In this document: in pieces, positions 60,375 through 64,000 of the stretch
Layout of the letters: each line of letters opens with the position of its first letter
How positions within the stretch are numbered: the stretch's first letter is position 1
DNA from: Pseudomonadota bacterium
Lineage (GTDB): Bacteria > Campylobacterota > Campylobacteria > Campylobacterales > Sulfurimonadaceae
Length of the DNA: 64,000 nucleotides
Direction of reading: 5' to 3'
NCBI GenBank assembly: GCA_043797085.1
Contig: JAZDQA010000005.1
Location: 139,453 to 203,452, forward strand
Notes under the pieces: generated by a model
Databases searched by the model: none
What the model was told of the DNA's origin: nothing
What the model saw: only the letters and a program-made list of their open reading frames with translations
Program-made: the position numbers and the translations under genes

Positions 60375-61748
60375 ATGCCATTCACACAGTTAAATTCCAA
60401 CTTAAAATCAGCCATTGCGACATTAGGGTATACCGTACCTACGCCGATTCAAGTCAAAGCGATTCCGCTCATTTTACGCGGGCGCGATATTTTGGGCGCG
60501 GCACAAACCGGTACGGGAAAAACGGGAGCGTATGCGTTACCGATTCTGCAGATGATGGGAAATACCAATCCGAATGAACTTGCTCGTGTCAAGATGCTCG
60601 TGTTGGTTCCGACTCGTGAACTTTCCGAGCAAATCACATTGGCTATCCGCTCGTTTGCTTTGGGTTCGGATCTTCGGATTCTTAACATTTCAGGCGGAGT
60701 CAATATGACCAAGCAAGTTGCATCGTTGGAAAAGGGTGCAGACATCATTATAGCGACTCCCGGACGATTAATCGAGCTGAACAAGCAAGGGCATATTCCC
60801 CTCTCGAAAGTCCAATTTCTTGTTCTTGATGAAGCCGATACGATTTTGGACATGGGTTTTATTCGAGAAGTGGAGCAAATTATCGATTTGTTGCCTCAAA
60901 AACGACAGACTGTTTTATTCTCCGCAACGATGACGGGTTCGGTTAAAAAGCTCAGTGAAAAAATTCTTAACAAGCCGATGTTGGTAGAAATCGACAATCT
61001 TTCCCCTGCGGATTTGACCATTCGTCAGATTGTTCATCCGGTTGAAAAAGAGCAAAAAAGTGAGCTTTTATCGTATCTTATCGGTTCAAATAATTACCCG
61101 CAAGTCTTGGTTTTTACCCGTACGAAAGCTGCTGCGGATGAAGTGAGTGATCATCTTCGTTTAAGCGGTCTGGAATGTGCCACCATCCATGGAGACAAAA
61201 AACATGGTGCGCGTGATCGAGCTTTGAGTGATTTCAGAGAAGGTAAAGTGAAAATTCTCGTTGCTACGGATATCGCTGCACGCGGACTGGACATCGAAGA
61301 TTTGGGCGTTGTTATCAACTACGACATCCCCCACATCGCGAGTGATTATATCCACCGTATCGGACGAACAGGGCGTGCAGGAAAAGATGGCGTAGCCATC
61401 ACCCTTCTTTCAACCCAAGAACATATCTCATGGAAAAAAATCGAAACGATGCTTGGCAAACAGCCTGAGCGTATAGTGGTAGCGGGATTTGAACCTCCTG
61501 CAATCCTTGAATCGAAAAAAACACATGGAAAAAGTATGTCCAAAGATGGCGAGAAAAAAGCTAAAACTGATGGAGCATTTGGGAATAAGCGCAAAAAAGC
61601 GCCCGTTCAACCAAAGTTCATCGGTAAACGCGGACCGCGTGTCGCACGAGAAGAGCCTGTTGAAAAGGCAAGCAGTACAGGCAGAGGAAGTGCCTTTGGC
61701 AATACCAAAAAACCTTCACCGAAGAAATCAGGCGGACGGGGGAGATAA
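60375..61748 (+). CDS. DEAD-box RNA helicase
   Basis: [30 protein letters not shown], basic tail. Confidence 0.93.
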   Translation: MPFTQLNSNLKSAIATLGYTVPTPIQVKAIPLILRGRDILGAAQTGTGKTGAYALPILQMMGNTNPNELARVKMLVLVPTRELSEQITLAIRSFALGSDLRILNISGGVNMTKQVASLEKGADIIIATPGRLIELNKQGHIPLSKVQFLVLDEADTILDMGFIREVEQIIDLLPQKRQTVLFSATMTGSVKKLSEKILNKPMLVEIDNLSPADLTIRQIVHPVEKEQKSELLSYLIGSNNYPQVLVFTRTKAAADEVSDHLRLSGLECATIHGDKKHGARDRALSDFREGKVKILVATDIAARGLDIEDLGVVINYDIPHIASDYIHRIGRTGRAGKDGVAITLLSTQEHISWKKIETMLGKQPERIVVAGFEPPAILESKKTHGKSMSKDGEKKAKTDGAFGNKRKKAPVQPKFIGKRGPRVAREEPVEKASSTGRGSAFGNTKKPSPKKSGGRGR

Positions 61749-61772
61749 TCTCTCCTTTTAACGTGCTCTATT

Positions 61773-62195
61773 ATGCTGCAAATTTCCCACACCGTTAGTA
61801 TCCCCGACTCTGAAATCGAGATAACCGCTATCCGCTCCCAAGGCGCAGGCGGGCAAAATGTTAATAAAGTCTCCACCGCGATCCATCTACGCTTTGACAT
61901 TAACGCCTCCTCACTTAGCGATTTCTACAAAGAACGCCTGCAAGAACTCACCGATCACCGTATTACGAAAGACGGTATCATCAACATCAAATCCCAAGAA
62001 TCGAGAAGTCAAGAAGAGAACAAAGAAGCGGCGTTAGAGAGGCTAAAAGAACTTATCAAAAGCGTCACAATAATCCAAAAAAAGCGCAAAGCGACCAAAC
62101 CGACGAAGAATTCGCAGAAACGTCGGATGGACAGCAAGACGAAGCATGGGAATATTAAGAAAATGCGGGGGAAAGTTGATAAAGGAGAGGGGTAA
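61773..62195 (+). CDS. arfB: Alternative ribosome rescue factor ArfB (YaeJ)
   Basis: RSQGAGGQNVNKV, RSQ..N, basic C-terminal tail. Confidence 0.94.
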   Translation: MLQISHTVSIPDSEIEITAIRSQGAGGQNVNKVSTAIHLRFDINASSLSDFYKERLQELTDHRITKDGIINIKSQESRSQEENKEAALERLKELIKSVTIIQKKRKATKPTKNSQKRRMDSKTKHGNIKKMRGKVDKGEG

Positions 62196-62211
62196 GTTTC
62201 ATGCTGATACC

Positions 62212-62415
62212 TCACCACGTAAATACATTGCGAGGGTAAAACATCCTCATGAGAACAACTATACCAAATAGTATACCGACATGACTCCACTCGTATGTAG
62301 CTCCGATGATCAAAATAGTCACTGTATAGAGTGCCATTACCGCTAAAAACCATCCGCTGAGTAAAAGTATAAACAACCCTATGACACGGCATATCGTTCC
62401 GAGTGAGTTGCTCAT
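62212..62415 (-). CDS. Small membrane protein
   Basis: 67 aa, two hydrophobic segments, start overlaps the upstream stop. Confidence 0.6.
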   Translation of the reverse strand: MSNSLGTICRVIGLFILLLSGWFLAVMALYTVTILIIGATYEWSHVGILFGIVVLMRMFYPRNVFTW

Positions 62416-62984
62416 CGTTGCTCCTTTAGTGCTTTAATGATCGCTTGGATTTGTCGGCGGTGGATAAAGGTGTGCATGTACATAAACGAGCTCCAGTCGA
62501 AGTTGTTGAACGAGTAGAACCACGGATGGGGTTTGGTCATTTTGGAGTGGTGCTTCGGCAATGCGTTGAAAAAAGTTTTGTACTCATCGATAAAGGCTTT
62601 AAAGTCATCGAGTGTACCGGAACGGTTGGCGAACGGTTTTACCCCTGCAATTGTGACGATTTCGCTGTATTCTCTCTCCTGTGAGAGGGCGGTAATAACC
62701 TCCATCACTTTTCGCCCCGTGATACAGAGGTGCTCAATCACCATGTTAAGGGAAAACTGGCGTGAGTGATCTTCGATGGCGAAAGTTTTATCGATAACGA
62801 CTTGTTGTAGCCTCTCCTCTTCATGCAACTCCTCCAAAAGAGAGATGATGATACGTGCTTCGCGTTTTAAAAGCCAAAAAGCGATTTGCCATGTAAAAAA
62901 TGTCCGTACCATCGGAATCAACAATAGTCGTATGAGTAAAAATTCTCCTCGCGGCAATCCATCGCCCGGTTTTCCCTGTACCAT
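62412..62984 (-). CDS. DinB-like protein
   Basis: FS..MVIEHL, HPWF, H...HRRQI metal-binding His pattern. Confidence 0.75.
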   Translation of the reverse strand: MVQGKPGDGLPRGEFLLIRLLLIPMVRTFFTWQIAFWLLKREARIIISLLEELHEEERLQQVVIDKTFAIEDHSRQFSLNMVIEHLCITGRKVMEVITALSQEREYSEIVTIAGVKPFANRSGTLDDFKAFIDEYKTFFNALPKHHSKMTKPHPWFYSFNNFDWSSFMYMHTFIHRRQIQAIIKALKEQR

Positions 62985-63047
62985 AATAGCTCCTCACCCA
63001 ATCAGATAGGTGCATGGTAGTATCAATCTTCTAAATTAAATCTTAAA

Positions 63048-63067
63048 ATTAGTGCAATTGCTCTAAT
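63048..63067. promoter_or_regulatory. Candidate TetR operator
   Basis: Imperfect palindrome ATTAGTGCAATTGCTCTAAT between the divergent DinB-like and TetR genes. Confidence 0.5.
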
Positions 63068-63116
63068 ATATAAAATATTATTCGTAATAAGACTCTAAAT
63101 ATGGTAGAATTTTCCC

Positions 63117-63767
63117 ATGATAAAGCCAAAAAAAATAACGACCAAAGAGCGGATTAAGAACACAGCCATAGAACTGTTTAATGCCCATGAATCACTCTCT
63201 ATCACGACCAACCATATCGCTAAAGCAGCGGGAATTTCTGCGGGAAATCTCTATTACCATTACCGCAACAAAGAGGAAATCATCCGAGAAATTTATTCGG
63301 ATATGTCACAACGGATGGAATTATCAAGAAGTTTTGAAAAAATAGTTAGTTCCGATAATCCCTTGAGGGTATTGGATGAATCGCAAGAGCATTTTGGGGA
63401 TATGTTTTGGGAATACCGATTTTTTATGCGGGATGCTCCGGTGTTAATGGCACTCGATAGTGAGTTAAAAAGGGTGTTTGTGGCCAATCAAGAGAAGCGG
63501 ATTAATCAGATAACAGGGTTAATTAGATTCCTTATCAGCGAAGAAATTTTAGAAAATATCGCCAAAGAGGATATACCCCTGCGTGCCAAGCTCTATTGGT
63601 TTGTTACGGCGTATTGGCAAGTGTTTGCCTCGATGGATGGCGAAGTGAGTCGTGAGTCGATACGGGAGACGAAAGAGACGATGTTTAAAATTCATATCGC
63701 CCCGTTTTTATCAGAAAAAGGGCGAAGGATGATGGGCATGATGGATAAAGAAGAAAAGGGGAGATAA
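63117..63767 (+). CDS. TetR/AcrR family transcriptional regulator
   Basis: TKERI...A.ELFN...TTNHIAKAAGISAGNLYYHYRNKEEI HTH. Confidence 0.93.
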   Translation: MIKPKKITTKERIKNTAIELFNAHESLSITTNHIAKAAGISAGNLYYHYRNKEEIIREIYSDMSQRMELSRSFEKIVSSDNPLRVLDESQEHFGDMFWEYRFFMRDAPVLMALDSELKRVFVANQEKRINQITGLIRFLISEEILENIAKEDIPLRAKLYWFVTAYWQVFASMDGEVSRESIRETKETMFKIHIAPFLSEKGRRMMGMMDKEEKGR

Positions 63768-63785
63768 CCATTGATGTCTAATTAA

Positions 63786-64000
63786 GGGACTGTTCAGAAT
63801 TCTGTGTCAGCATCTAGTAGTTCCTAAAATTGTATCATAAATTTAAAGCGCTATCGAGTCGTCCCTCGAAATGGATACTGAGCTGAGAGATCGTCAAGCT
63901 CCAGTTTCGGATTGGCATTGTCCATTTTTTCTGCGCATTTTGAATTCCCATAAAAAGTAATTTCAACAAGCTGTCATCGTTAGGGAAAGCGGCTTTTGTC
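63786..64000 (-). mobile_element. IS256-family element, terminal part running off the window
   Basis: Minus-strand frame 63999-63835 encodes [16 protein letters not shown]...[10 protein letters not shown]...[10 protein letters not shown], typical of IS256 transposase C-termini; IR-like end GGGACTGTTCAGAATTCTGTGTCAG at 63786. Confidence 0.85.

Noticed and set aside
1002..63487. Numerous 60-160 aa ORFs overlapping or antisense to long genes in the ORF track
   Set aside because: Shadow ORFs of well-supported genes with no motifs of their own.

Overview
Chromosomal window from a Campylobacterota (Epsilonproteobacteria) bacterium. The rpsA-hyp-serA order, fused CcsBA, FapA and an HNH-fused MutS suggest a Sulfuricurvum/Sulfurimonas-like free-living organism (inference). 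Most of the window is housekeeping or ordinary accessory genes. The main discovery is a ~15 kb lasso-peptide (RiPP) locus at 23.6-38.4 kb. It contains an RRE/PqqD (B1), a macrolactam cyclase (C), an unannotated 46-aa precursor (25889-26029; predicted core SASLSSPVEGPWSHPFS, Ser1-Glu9 ring, C-terminal Ser), a B2 peptidase and an ABC exporter. It also carries an HPr-type kinase, a nucleotidyltransferase, a PAPS-dependent sulfotransferase, an adjacent cysD-cysN-cysC-cysC cassette and an inserted UnbU-UnbV-like fusion gene, so it is a candidate for a phosphorylated and/or sulfated lasso peptide. Other findings: a candidate type I toxin-antitoxin-like locus with a 19-aa hydrophobic peptide in the ccsBA/HD-GYP intergenic region; three integrase-free insertions, each bounded by a duplicated gene 3' end (recR, HD-GYP gene, sulfotransferase); a ~96-bp dispersed repeat with covarying hairpins; a MutS7-type protein; and the end of an IS256 element at the right edge.
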